Shown here piece by piece: positions 36,600 through 48,867 of a stretch of DNA of 64,000 bases. The notes beneath the pieces were generated by a model. It saw only the letters and a list, made by a program, of their open reading frames with translations, ran no database searches and had not been told where the DNA came from. The position numbers and the translations under genes were made by a program. Numbering within the stretch: the first letter of the stretch is position 1; each line of letters begins with the position of its first letter. Source of the DNA: Pseudovirgaria hyperparasitica (lineage: Eukaryota); the NCBI GenBank assembly GCA_010093815.1, contig ML996572.1; one strand, given 5' to 3'.

Positions 36600-37022
36600 G
36601 AGCGTTGGGTTGCATACTGGATAGAACTGCATGATAGAAATGTTTAGACCATGGCTATGTCTCAGATTGCCATCAAGACATGACAGAAGCCCGCTTTAGC
36701 ATTCTGATTAACTCCAGCCTCAAGGAAAAGGCTCTAATATGCTAGTTCATGGTTCTACGGTTCCCACGAAGCACGCTAGATTCTGATATGAGCATCCATG
36801 AGGAATATAACTATGTAGACTTCAACATAGCAATTATTTGAAAGATCCAAGAAATAAGTCTATTCCACTATCAGATAAATACTAACACGTGATACCGCGT
36901 ACCGCGTTACGCACCAGTCGCGTAATCGTCATCCCGACCGAAGCACACGATCTCTCTCCGCCACGACGACTCACTCCTACGACCCACCTTCTACCACCGG
37001 CCAGAACCACAACCCCCCAACG

Positions 37023-38414
37023 ATGCCGCTCGGCTTCGAGCGTCTCAACGAACGCACCACCCGCCCCAACCCACTCATAAACTTCATAAAGCCACTGCCC
37101 GGCCCATCCTCCACAACCGCACACTCCATCCTCTCGCGCATCGCGGCGCAATGCGTGCCCGTCATGCGAACGCACCACATCGCCGTCATGGCCCTCGAGG
37201 AATACCCCCCTAATCCCGAATTCGTGGGGCGCAACTTCAACGCCGGGGAGGTCATACAGCTGGTTCTGAAGGACAGGGCTGGGCGGTGGCTGCCGTTCAG
37301 ACATGTGCAGATGGTCATGATGCATGAGCTGGCGCATTGCAAGGAGATGAATCATAGCAAGGCGTTCTGGAAGGTGCGCGATGCGTATGCGGGCGAGATG
37401 AGGGCGCTGTGGGAGAGGAGGTATACCGGGGAGGGACTGTGGGGTGTGGGCAGGGATTTGAATGGGGAGGTGAGCGAGAGGGATGGCGGGGTGGAGTTGG
37501 ATGTGCCGGAGAACTTGTGTGGGGGTACGTTCAGGACGAGGCGGAGGAAGAGAAGGAGAGGTGGGAAGGGGGGTGGGAAGGAGGGCGAGTTGACCTATGC
37601 GGAGAAGAAGCAGAGGAGGATACTAAGGAAGTTTGGCGCTGGTGGGGTGGCCCTAGGCGCGGACGATATTAAGAAAGAGGAGCTTCAAGGTGGGAAGATG
37701 GTCAAGGGGAAACCGAGAGTTGCGGGCAGTGCGAGGGGACGAGAGCTTAGGGCTGCGGCTGCGTTGGCGAGATTCGACCAGGTCAAGAAAGAAGAAGTCC
37801 ATGTCAAAAAGGAGGAGTCCGAGACAGAATCCGACTCAGACTACGGTGATGTCGAAGAAATGGAGGATACGGCTCTTGACCTGGACGGCAAGCAGATGAC
37901 GGATTCCAACGGCCACGGCATGGTGAAGATCTGCGAAGACGAAGACGAGCAAGACGACAACGCGAAAAGAGAAATGGCTGAACTGTATGCTGCCAACGGT
38001 CAACTTGCCATGAGAAAGCGACAAAACCAAGCTCCAAACTCACCCAGTAATCAAGCTCAGCCTAAAAGCAGACCAGCAGCAACAAAAGCCACCAAGAAGC
38101 CCCCTGAATCGAAGCCAAAGTCTGAACCTCGAACCGAAACACGAAAACCTACTGTACCCACCAAATCCAAGCCTTCAAAACCAAACACCACCGCGAACCC
38201 TGAGCCCACCCATCGATCTACACGCGAATGCCCAACCTGCTCCCTCCTCAACGACCCCGGCTCCCTGACATGTCTAGCGTGCGCCAACGTCCTCGACACA
38301 AGACTCCTCCCCATCCACTGGCGCTGTCAATCCCTACAGTGCCGCGGCGGCGCATACATCAACTCCGGGGATACCGGCATGTGCGGTATCTGCGGAGCTG
38401 CAAAACCTCCTTGA
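37023..38414 (+). CDS. WLM-domain zinc metalloprotease (Wss1-like) with C-terminal zinc ribbons
   Basis: MPLGFERLNER; LEEYPPNPEFVGRNFNAGEVIQLVLK; HExxH motif HELAH..MNHSKAFW; RELRAAAALARF; CPTC..CLAC and C..C..CGIC ribbons. Confidence 0.92.
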   Translation: MPLGFERLNERTTRPNPLINFIKPLPGPSSTTAHSILSRIAAQCVPVMRTHHIAVMALEEYPPNPEFVGRNFNAGEVIQLVLKDRAGRWLPFRHVQMVMMHELAHCKEMNHSKAFWKVRDAYAGEMRALWERRYTGEGLWGVGRDLNGEVSERDGGVELDVPENLCGGTFRTRRRKRRRGGKGGGKEGELTYAEKKQRRILRKFGAGGVALGADDIKKEELQGGKMVKGKPRVAGSARGRELRAAAALARFDQVKKEEVHVKKEESETESDSDYGDVEEMEDTALDLDGKQMTDSNGHGMVKICEDEDEQDDNAKREMAELYAANGQLAMRKRQNQAPNSPSNQAQPKSRPAATKATKKPPESKPKSEPRTETRKPTVPTKSKPSKPNTTANPEPTHRSTRECPTCSLLNDPGSLTCLACANVLDTRLLPIHWRCQSLQCRGGAYINSGDTGMCGICGAAKPP

Positions 38415-39562
38415 ACGCCATCTCGGTTGTACTAGTGGACCTGCCACATCAATTACCATAACTCTCATCATATGTCTTGGTATTCAACATCCGCAGAAGA
38501 TGTTCGAGACGTCGTAACTCGTACGCATGGATTCGCACCATTTATGTGTGCGTACGAGGATATCCGTCAAGTAAACTCCTCATTACGAGTACCACTGTGT
38601 CCGAAGCTTGCTTGCTGCTCTTAGTAGTATAAGCCGACTGTCGGGCCAACTCCAGTCCATCCAACTATACCAATGGCTGTAAGCAGTCTCAGCGCCCAAT
38701 GCATGTGTTGGCATATAAGGCACCGTCATTCGCGCAAGCAAGGGATGTTTTTGTGGTAGATAAGTACATGTAGTATCGGTCCTCCTGAGAGATATACATA
38801 TATCCATACATATACACATAAATATAATGATTTTACCACATCCATCCTCGAACGCACATCTTCCTAAGGTGAGACAATCATACTTTGCCACATGCAGAAC
38901 GAACCAGGACTCGCAGTCATCTGTGACTGTCTTCTATCATTACAGAATATATATACCCGACTGCTTATAATAGGTAATCGTTTGACGTTCTGTTCCAAGT
39001 CAAGATGGCGGGAGGGAAGGTCCGAATCGAGTTCGAAACAAGTGCGTTTGTAATACTATATCAACGCCATTGCTGTTAATACAACTGTGATTTGGAGTTT
39101 GAAAAGGGGGCTTTGTGGGCTCAATGGGGGTCTTTGTTTTGGGCAATAAGTTGGACGCATGCGTGGATGAAATGCGTTACAGAGCGTTTTAACAAGTCGG
39201 AGGTTGTTCGCCTTGACATTCTTCGACTGACACATTAAGAAATGCGAGGCCCATTATGTAAGCCTTTGCCTGGAATCTCCTTTGCCTTTGTTGGTCATCA
39301 TCCCCCAGCGCGTGCATAAAATCAATTCATATGTACAATTCCTCACCTCGATCCTATCACCACGTCCAAATATCAACAACGCCACGCTCAACACAGAATC
39401 CACGCCAGGTCGAGCCCGAAACAAAACGAAAATAAAAGAAAGAAAAAAGGGTTCGAGAGACATTCTTAGAGAAAGATATACTGCAAGAACACGGCAAAGT
39501 AGCCAGTACGTCAACAATCAGCAAGCCACCACGAAGTCATCAACTCGGGGAGACTGCTTGTT

Positions 39563-42500
39563 TCAAGCTTCACTCCGGGTACGACTGTGGCCCTTGATCC
39601 CATCCCCGCGCCAAAAGCCGGGGCTCCTCTTCCCTTCCTCGACGCTTCCGCCGAGATCCTTCTTACTCCTCTTGAGCCGGAGGACGCGGCCCATGGGGCT
39701 TCCATCGCTGCGTTCGCTGGCGTCGGTGCGGCCCTCGGCGCGCGCGAGGACGTTTGCGCGCACGGCTGCCTTGCGGGATTTCCACATCTCGCGTTCCCTT
39801 TCGGTGTCGTGGGCTGCAGATGTAGTATCTGGCGACGTGATAGTCGCGTCCTGAGAAGCGGGAATCGCCGAGTTGCCTGCGAGCTCGGGGAGGCTGGGCC
39901 GCGGGACGGACTCGTTGCTTGAAGAGCGCTCCGTCTTTTCGGGTGAGGCGTCCGATTCTCGACCTGTGCCGTTGGGTGGCGTTCTGGGATACGCGGTAAC
40001 GACGCTCTCGCTCATAGTTCGCCGGCTCTTGCGCATCTTCAGACTGACCTCGCGGATAGGGGTTAGGCTCTGCATGGGGCTGTTGCCGATACGCGGTACG
40101 CTTCTTGGTGAAGGGGATGGTGGCGGGCCAGAATATGGGTGTGATGTTATTCCCAGTCCTCGAGGGTTCTTGGGACTGTCCTCACTGGGGGATGTGAGGG
40201 GTGGCGGCTTGGGGAGTTTCTTGTGTATGCTAAAGCTGGAGCGTGAGCCTAGTTTCGGAACCTGACCGGAGCCTTGGGGTGCGGACGCTGCGCGCTCTGT
40301 TCTACCCATGCTGATGCTTGAGAGAGGCGTGCTCATCGCTGTGCTTGGAGTTCCGGGTGGAAATTGGGGCGTGCGGGGCGAGTAACCGGGACCGGTGGAC
40401 GCGCTGGATACGGAGCTCTGAGGTGTGTCTCGCGAGGGCGAAGGGTGCGTCTGCTTATGCTGTTGAAGTTGGAGTAACATGGTGTCGCGCTTCTGAATAC
40501 GAGCCGCGAGCTTTTTCGCTTCACGCTCGTAATCGCGCACGACAACGCGGTAGGCGACAATGTCACGGACGTGGTAGTCGTTCTCCTTCTCAAGGATACG
40601 CAACTGCGTTTGAGGATCTTGGGAGTCTTCGCTCAATCCCAAGAGGCGTGCGGCTTTAGATTTGGTTTCTTTCATCTCTTTGCTCAAGAGGCGTTCTTTG
40701 TCGCGTGGGGACAGATCCGTGTTGGCTAGAGGGTATAGCAGCGGGTCAAGATGGCCATCTTCGAGGCACTGCTGACGCTTGCAGGCTTTTCTCTTGATCT
40801 CGGATTTGAGCAAGCGGTAATACTCTTCGGAGTTGAGTTGGATCTTTGCGATCGACTCCTCGTATTTTGAGCATTTTGCCTTGAGTTCGAGATTCTCACG
40901 ACGAACACGGCCATACTCACCCCCCTGAGTACCTTCGCGGACAAGTTTTTCATTCACCTTCATCACTTCTTTAAGCCGCTGCTCGGCGTCGTCGAGCTCT
41001 AGACGGAAGTGCTCATTTTCTTTCTTGAGACGATGTCGGTCAGATTTCGAGGTCGTGAGTTTGGATTGCAGGTCTTCAATCTGACGAACGAATGCTGATA
41101 TTGCGTCCTCCTCAGGTCTTCGTTCATTCGCGGTCTTTAGTTGAGCTGTAAGCTTATTAATCTCTGACTCGGCGCTCTCAAGTTTACGTGCGAAATCCTG
41201 GGATTGAGCATGGACAGCTTCGACACGCAATTCCTTGTCCTGAAAGAGAGTTTTGTGCTTCTGCTGAAGCCTTTTGATTTCGCCCTCATACGTGAATGCA
41301 GCCTCAAGCGCATCGACTTTCTCCATGTTGGCTTCTTCGAGTCGCGCCTCTAGAGCCTGAACCTCATTCCGAAAAGCAGATTCTTGCTTTCTGGCATTCT
41401 CGAGCTGAGTCATGATAGCGATCGTCTGTGAGTTTGCAGTCTCGATCTTCTTTTTCAATCTGGAGTGCTCCCGACGGACACGGTCTTCCTCCTTGGAGCT
41501 ACGGGTTGGTGCCCTGGGAGGTACAGAAGGAACCGAATTCGGAGAGTCTGGCCGGATCTCTCTGAATGTTTGCAAATTTTGAGCATCCTGGGGCTGGTCT
41601 GGCGCATTGGTTAGAGACTTGTCTTTCGGGCGGCAATCGGACTGCTCGGTATCAAGCATAATCATCATATGGGAACTCGGAGCTAGCCAGCGGCTAAGTA
41701 AGCCGATCGACGGCGCAGAAGGATGACTTACCATGATTGAGAGGCTTTGATCTTGATTGCCTCTGTTCCAATCCTTCGATGTACGTCCTTAGGGAGTTCA
41801 TCTCCTTGGCGTGGGATTCGACGAGGCTGCTGACGTGAGCCTCGTGGCTGCCCTTGAGGCTCGAGAATTGGTCGGTAAGCGTCGATATGGTGTGCTTTTG
41901 CGCATCTAGCGTCAGCTTGAGCTGCTCGATTTGCTGGCCATCGGAGTGGATAGAAGAAAGGGAGGTGCGAGTCACGTGACTGGGACCACCATACGAACGG
42001 CTTCGGCTCCCCAGCGCGGCTGGCCTGAGGCTATTCCCAGATGAGCTGCAGCCATTCTTTTCGACATTCAAAGGTGAAGGACGCAAGCTGCTGGAGGACT
42101 CGGAGTCGTTCCCGTCGTTTGTAGATTCGAAGCTGCTATTTGGATTCGTCGGCTGTGAGCATAGTGTGATGCGACTGTCCATGGCAGTATTGATTGCACT
42201 TAAACCGCGAGTGAGTCTGCTCTTCCGAAGCTCGGGCATGGGAGGAAAGAAGGAATCCATAGGGGTAGTTCTTGGAGGAGCAGTGCGGACTGTGGCAGAG
42301 CTGGCTTGATAAGTTAGACGCCTCCGACGACGTTCGTCATCTGTCGCAGAAGCGGACCGGGGCTCCTGGGGAAAGCCACGATTCTTCAGAAGGATCGAGC
42401 CAGGTAGTTCGGGAACCAGGTGTTCTGGAGTCGACGGCGCAGTCTTAGAGCGTGGGTGTTGTGGTCTTGGCGGCAGTGGCTTATGGTGAGTAGCAAGTAG

Positions 42501-43282
42501 AGGCGACTTCAGCATACCATTGACTACAGCAAGTAGATTGGAGGCGGAGCTGACAGAATGTAGGGCAGCATCGTGTAAGTCGGAAGCCGTGTAAATATTG
42601 TGAGTCGAGACGGACAAGTCGAGGGGTTTTGGACGGTTATGGGGGGCCGCGGATTTCTGGTATGACAGTAGTGGTCAGCGAATGAGAAGACAACAACACA
42701 CTCGGAACAGCAGAGGTGTTGAACGGTGACGGTAGTCGACAGGTGGGAGGGAAGACATTCAAGGGTGCCGTCAGCCAAAGCCGCAACTGCAGCTCCACGT
42801 AGCCTCTCTCGGTCGCCTGTGTCCGGTGCCCTCTTAGCCGTGCTAGACATGGTCAGGCCGGCTCCTTCCAACAAAGCCAACAAGTTACAAGGGCTCCAGA
42901 CCAACAGCTGGCGGGTATAGAGGCATGGGTTGTTGTTATGAACTTGTTGCGAAGAAAGTTGGAATGTTGTACTATGGGTGTGATGTATCGCCGATTCCAA
43001 CGGAGCATTTTTATGGGACTACGGGGACAGACTTACCCGGAAATGGTCGTTTGCGTAGCCGTAAGTGTGGCTGTAGCCGAATCCGGACATGGCCGCGTGT
43101 CCAGAGTGAAATGCTGCGCCCGCTCCGGCTCCGGCCGCAGCTACAGCTGGTGAAGTGGCCGAACAAGATGTGTCGGGCCACTCGCACTCGGTGTCGATAG
43201 CCACCAACCCGCCCATGGGAGGCGTCCCAGGCCATGATGTCTTCGACTCGGCCTTGGAGCGCGAGAAGAACTTGGACGCCAT
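39563..43282 (-). CDS. Hypothetical long coiled-coil protein with Ser/Pro-rich flanks, 3 exons
   Basis: Exon 1 43282-43037 (MASKFFSRSK..., donor GTAAGT) splices in frame to exon 2 42656-41732 (acceptor CCAG, branch GCTGAC); short GTAAGT..CTAG intron; exon 3 to 39563. Heptad-rich central region; family not recognised. Confidence 0.72.
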
Positions 43283-44535
43283 GACAATTGCAAGCCTTTG
43301 CACGGGCGCATGCTCAATTGTGTGTGAGAATAGTTGTCTGCTTGTCTATCCTCGCGTGGTCGGGACGACCTGGACAGTAGGGGGTTTACAGCTTGTGGTT
43401 AGGAGACTGCTGCGATTCATGCAGAAAGAGGTATTATTCGTATATGGACTACTGGCAGACTGTGCTGCACTGAGCAAAATAGATTGAAGATATGCGCGTC
43501 GGAAACCGAGCAGACAAAACCAGGGCTATGGTGCAGCTTTTGAACATTATAAATGTGATATACCAGTCCAGGCGCATTACGAGACCTGCCTGTTGTCCTC
43601 TCCACTACCTGCTAATTAGTCGGAACTGTAGGCGCCTGGAGTGCTGGACTGATCAGTGAAGCAAACAATCAAATCCAGGTACCCCCAAATATCATGCCAC
43701 TGACAGTCAGCGATCTTGGGTCCAGATAATTACATGAGGGTTCCGTTGCGGAGCGGCGCAGGCTTAGAGGAGGAGAAAGGCATGGTGCAGCCACATCCGT
43801 GGGGCCGGAATGAATGAATCCTTCGAGTACATGCATATCGATCGCCGGGGCACACTTCGTTTGGCTGATAGACGACGAGCAATGTCTTGGATCTCAAACG
43901 TGGCCCCACGAGCTTCTCCCAGGCTGAGAGTAGTCTTGACTCCACTGACAGGAGAGAGCATTGCGCAGCCAGTGGATAGACGCCGCAGCCTGACACTTTT
44001 CCTGTCCAGCATTATACCTCCTGGTCGTCGCTTGGAAGCTGTCGCAGATGCTGCAACCAAGCGCCGACCGTACGTGTCCAGCCCTACGCATTCTTCGACA
44101 ATTGAATCTAGTAGCTCAGGGGCAGCGTATATTCAGACTATTGACTGCAGGCTGAAATCTATCGCGCCTGTGGCCGATGTGTAAGTGATGAAGGATGTAT
44201 TTGATACGATCCGTCGAAAAGACTTCGTACCTGAGCCTCAACAATGGCGCTTTACCCGAACAGGCAACCCTATCTTGCGGCAAACACCAGAAAATCACCT
44301 CCACCAACCTTACACCTTGTCCACACTCCACTACTCCTAATAACCACCTGATCTCCTTGCCACCACTCAATCAGGCTACCTTTCATAACCCTTGTGTTTG
44401 CTAGTACACCCCGAACGACGTCGCATTCATGTTGCAAACGACCTGAGACACCCTCACACTCTCTTAGTAATTACTCAGCTTGCTACTTGGTCCTGTAGCA
44501 TAAACATCCTCTCATCCACCAACGCCCCATCACAC

Positions 44536-45714
44536 ATGACGTCTCACATACATCCAGATCGCCTCTCGCGCCTTCCTCCTGATGATTCAGGCAGTCATCG
44601 TCGCATAGCCTATGATAAACCACAGTCGCCTCGCCGTCACACGGGTCGTGTAATCCGCCATTCTGCTTCGCCACACCACACAAGACACTCCCCGTCTGAT
44701 GACGATCGTGCCGGACGTAAGCGTCCCAGGAGTAATAGCAGGAGTCCAGGCCGTTTGCCTACAAAGCGTGGCCGGGAAAACTCTCGCCATGAGCGCCACC
44801 GTCGCGATCCTTCCTTGGAGAGCAAACCCCGAGTTCCCGCAGGAACGAGGAACCGCGATAAGTACCGCAGGAGCCGAGATTCGCGGGAACGCGAACGGTC
44901 AGAATCAAGAGATAGGAAGATTACAAGACCACGGTCGCGCTCAAGAGATAGACAACCACGCGGCACCTCGCCGTCGCCAAACAGAAGCTCGAAGCGTCCT
45001 CGCAGCACGTCACCAGACCGTCACCGTCACCGTCGACGACGCTCACGTTCACGATCACGCTCAAGAGACAGATACCGCCATCGCTCACGCAAGCACTCGT
45101 CTTCACTCTCTCCATCTCGCCGACACAGACACTCTCCGTCCCGCAAGCTCTCTCCTGCTCGCTCACCGGTCCGTCGCAGCGGCCCCCTCGCAAGCCAGAA
45201 CGCCGCCTTCAACGCCGAACTCGACCCGTCCGCCCCTCCGCCCGTCGAGAAACAAAAGCCCAACTTTGCCAATACCGGCCTCCTCGCTAAAGAAGCAAAC
45301 AAAGTCACCGGCACAAACATCTCGCTCAAATACCACGAACCGCCTGAAGCACGCAAGCCCCCTGCTAGCGCTCCATGGTCCCTCGTCATTTTCAAAGACT
45401 CTGCCTGCATCGGTACAACAGAGCTTAATGCGCGAAGCTGCTGGCTCATAGGACGCGAGGCCAAGGTGGCGGATATACTTGTCGAGCACCCGAGTTGTAG
45501 TGGGCAGCATGCAGCGATTCAATTTCGTTACAGAGAGAAAGCAGGGGGAAAGGGCCGGGTGAAGCCGTACGTGATTGATCTTGAGAGTCGTAATGGCACG
45601 AGTGTGGATGGTGAGAAGGTTGAGGGGGGCCGATATATGGAGCTGAGGAGTGGGGACGTCATTCGGTTCGGCGAGAGTTCAAGGGAGTATGTGCTTATGT
45701 GTGCGAAGACTTAG
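44536..45714 (+). CDS. FHA-domain protein with RS-rich N-terminus (SNIP1/Pml1/DDL-like, RES splicing complex)
   Basis: RS repeats; KPNFANTGLLAKE; LKYHEPPEARKP; WLIGRE..VADI..EHPSCSGQHAAIQFR; VKPYVIDLESRNGT; FGESSREYVL. Confidence 0.92.
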   Translation: MTSHIHPDRLSRLPPDDSGSHRRIAYDKPQSPRRHTGRVIRHSASPHHTRHSPSDDDRAGRKRPRSNSRSPGRLPTKRGRENSRHERHRRDPSLESKPRVPAGTRNRDKYRRSRDSRERERSESRDRKITRPRSRSRDRQPRGTSPSPNRSSKRPRSTSPDRHRHRRRRSRSRSRSRDRYRHRSRKHSSSLSPSRRHRHSPSRKLSPARSPVRRSGPLASQNAAFNAELDPSAPPPVEKQKPNFANTGLLAKEANKVTGTNISLKYHEPPEARKPPASAPWSLVIFKDSACIGTTELNARSCWLIGREAKVADILVEHPSCSGQHAAIQFRYREKAGGKGRVKPYVIDLESRNGTSVDGEKVEGGRYMELRSGDVIRFGESSREYVLMCAKT

Positions 45715-45896
45715 CTGCTCTCAGGACCAGGTTTGAGCATTCGCGATACGGAACACACTCGCGACTATTATAAAGATCATGGTAGCGTTACGCGATTAAT
45801 TGAGGATTTATCGACATTCCCAACGTACGCCGTGCTTACTGGTAGTCTTATTCATACACCCCTTGTCATCTCACGCTCTTGGACCATCCTTTCGAT

Positions 45897-46353
45897 CTAA
45901 TCCATTGCTTTTTTCGCCTGACCCTTCAGCTCATCCTTCTTCCCCTTAGCCTCACCCGCGATCTCATTCGCCTTACCCTTGGCCTGTCCAGCAATTTCCG
46001 ACGCCTTGCCCTTGACTTCGCCTTCGCTCATTCCAGCTGCTGATTTCGCCTTTGCGGCTGCTTCTTCTGTGTGCGGGAGATGTATGTCAGCTTTGATGAT
46101 TGCGGTGTAACATTTCAAGATTGGGAGGTGTACAGATGGGAGGAAGGATACTGAAAGCTGGGATAACATGTAGAGCAAAGACTGCGGAGGGTTCGTGCTA
46201 CGTACCGCCCTTTTCGATACCGGCGACGATGGTGTCGCTAACGGCACGGTCGGCCTTTTTCACAGGCTCCCTGACGGAGTCGGGGACGACTTTGGCGCGG
46301 AGAGGTGTGGTGCTGAAGAGGCGAGCCTGACGGGCGATAGTGGTTCGCAGCAT
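45897..46353 (-). CDS. Small LEA-like protein with mitochondrial presequence-like N-terminus, 2 exons
   Basis: MLRTTIARQARLFSTTPLR...KKADRAVSDTIVAGIEKG, intron GTACGT..GCTGAC..ACAG, then EEAAAKAK with 11-mer repeats (EVKGKASEIAG/QAKGKANEIAG/EAKGKKDELKG). Confidence 0.85.
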
Positions 46354-47115
46354 TTTAACTGTTGTTTGGTGGATAATTGGTTTGAGGGAGTTGATATGTG
46401 AGCTCTGGTGAGTTGTTATTGGATGGTGCGTTGGGGTGTTATGAATAGGTTGAGGGATGAGGATAGAGATTGAAACGAATGACAAGATGGGAATAAGAGG
46501 CTGGAGAATGAGGCTCGGAGGAAAGATGTCGATGATGCTTTCTTGCAGGCTAGTAAGTCATCGTCTTGCTCCTCGCTCCTAACGAGCTCTCTGATTCCCA
46601 TCTGTCTCACCATTCACGGATCCATCAGATCCACCAAGGAATGCACTTACAATTTGGATTGGTTTCAGTTCTGGAGAGAGTAACGTAACAGGAAGAACAG
46701 AGCAGAAGCTGTCAATCGTCAGCTTTTGTCCGGAGCTCAGAGCCCGTGCTCGGTTTACACAAACGCCGGGTGACCGCGAAATGACGTCGCCGTATACATG
46801 CAACAGCATCTGGCCCAAGCTCCTTCATAAATGTGGGGTAAGCATCGAGATTGGATTTTTGGCCCTCGGATGCAAGTCACGTTTAGCGCACAATCGCATG
46901 ATTGGTCACATGGCATTTTCAGGATCAGGATGTTCATAACCAGGGTATCTATCCTGAGCATAACCTGATTAAGACCGCAAATAGAATTTCAAAGCTGTGC
47001 ATCTTGTGGAGTTCTTCTGTATACAGCAAACGTGCATTCCAAAAATACAGTTGCTACTAGCATTAGATTACAAAAATACGTCGAATACCTCGCAGATTTC
47101 TTCCAGTGTGCAGGT

Positions 47116-48867
47116 CTAATAATACAACGCCTGCTGCCACCATCGACATCGTGCATTCGCAGCCGGGTCTGTCGCAGGCGAGATATTCGTCCCGTTGATC
47201 TCAACAATGCCTGCGTTCGGTCCATACGTATTGAACATCGGCGTGCCATATGGTCCAACTGGGCGGCCCAGTTGCGCAAAACTCGTGATCCATTCTTGCA
47301 TCGAAATGGCAACTGTAGCATTCTGCACGCCCAGTGGGTTTAGTGATGGTGTAAGCGTCGTGTTGCCAGTGTAGTAGGTGTACGAGATGTCTTGCCCATG
47401 AAGCGCCGGTGGAACAGTGAAATAGTATGAGTAGGTCTGGTTGAGAAACGCGCGGTCAAGGTAGTTTGCGTTACAAGTGAATCCCAGCTCAGATAGGGCA
47501 AGGGCAGCACGACCGATAGAGTCTGTGTATGGCTGCGAGCCGTCAAAGGTCGCAGGGTAGAGCACTTCCGTGATGTACTTGATGACGTCGGATGGGGTGT
47601 TCGGGAATTTTTCGACGAAGTAGTTGTCCACAGCGGTATCATTGGTCAGGTACGGGCTGGTGAAAAGAAGACCCTCGTCCCCGTTGTATCCTACCATTAC
47701 GCGGAGACTTTGATCGAATTGGCCATATGACAGGAGTTGGCCTGGAAGAGCAGGAACGAATTCACCGTCTACTACTGGGCCATAGGTGAACAGGCCATAT
47801 GGAGAATCGAGGCCAACCTGTTGCTGATTGGCTTTGTACAGAGTCTCTTCATCAAGCTGGCGGGCATCTTCCAAAGAACTGACACCGGCATGTCGAAGGA
47901 AGTTTTGGAACGTAGTTTCTTGGGCATATGTAGAGACCACCGGGAACCAGCCTGGAGACTGCGGGACTGCTTGCTGGAAAGGAACAGGCCCCTTCATCCC
48001 ACCGTAAGCTGTGATTTGATGCATAATAGATCCGCCACCAGCAGACTCGCCAAAAACAGTGACCCGGTTTGGATCTCCTCCAAATTTGGCGATGTTCTGC
48101 TGAACCCACTCAAGCGCAAATCGCTGGTCAAGCAAACCAGCATTTGCAACACCATCGGTCTGGATCGTTGGTCCGGAAGCCCAACCATACACACCAAGAC
48201 GATAATTCATGGCAACATAAATGACACCGTCTGTGGTGGGCGCCGTGAAGCTACGGTCAAGCAGACCAGATGGCGAGCCAGAGGCCGCTTTAGTTCCAGC
48301 CGTATAGCCGCCTCCATACACCCAAACTAAGACTGGAGCGCCATAACCCTTCCCAGCTTGCTCGAAAACTTCTTTGGGGGTAAAAACATCCAAGAACAGG
48401 CAGTCTTCAGTCTCTCTTGGATCTTTCGGGGGCGGGGAGAAAGTTGTGTTTGCAGGAGGAGTGAAATTTTGGCCACTCAGATAATCGACGAGGAAATTGG
48501 GTATCAAGACTTGCCATCCCGGGTTTGCTTGTGGACAAACACGCTCAATTGAGTTGCCATCATCGATGACATCTCGGTTAACAGCGGGTGCTTGAGGAGC
48601 TCTCCACCTAAGTTCACCAGTCGGAGGTGCAGCAAACCGAATGTTAGAGAAGTTGTAGTACGAAGTCTGGCTTTCTTCTTGAGCTTCCTGTGGCGAAGTT
48701 AGTTCAGGCCTGCCTCGTGAAGGGTCTGCGTAGGTATATACAAAGTAAGATGAAGCACGTTGAAGCTGATAGCCTAAATCGACGACAGGCAGGTCATTAT
48801 TTTGCGCACTGACATAGGCCAGGACAGAGGCACAAGCCAGAGCTTGCAGTGTTATGGATGTTACCAT
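47116..48867 (-). CDS. Secreted type-B carboxylesterase/lipase
   Basis: Signal peptide; LPVVDLGY; FSNIRFAAPPTGELRW; EDCLFLDVFTP; VWVYGGGY; NYRLG; FGGDPNRVTVFGESAGG (nucleophile Ser); HGQD. Probable 54-nt intron 48688-48741. Confidence 0.94.
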   Translation of the reverse strand: MVTSITLQALACASVLAYVSAQNNDLPVVDLGYQLQRASSYFVYTYADPSRGRPELTSPQEAQEESQTSYYNFSNIRFAAPPTGELRWRAPQAPAVNRDVIDDGNSIERVCPQANPGWQVLIPNFLVDYLSGQNFTPPANTTFSPPPKDPRETEDCLFLDVFTPKEVFEQAGKGYGAPVLVWVYGGGYTAGTKAASGSPSGLLDRSFTAPTTDGVIYVAMNYRLGVYGWASGPTIQTDGVANAGLLDQRFALEWVQQNIAKFGGDPNRVTVFGESAGGGSIMHQITAYGGMKGPVPFQQAVPQSPGWFPVVSTYAQETTFQNFLRHAGVSSLEDARQLDEETLYKANQQQVGLDSPYGLFTYGPVVDGEFVPALPGQLLSYGQFDQSLRVMVGYNGDEGLLFTSPYLTNDTAVDNYFVEKFPNTPSDVIKYITEVLYPATFDGSQPYTDSIGRAALALSELGFTCNANYLDRAFLNQTYSYYFTVPPALHGQDISYTYYTGNTTLTPSLNPLGVQNATVAISMQEWITSFAQLGRPVGPYGTPMFNTYGPNAGIVEINGTNISPATDPAANARCRWWQQALYY

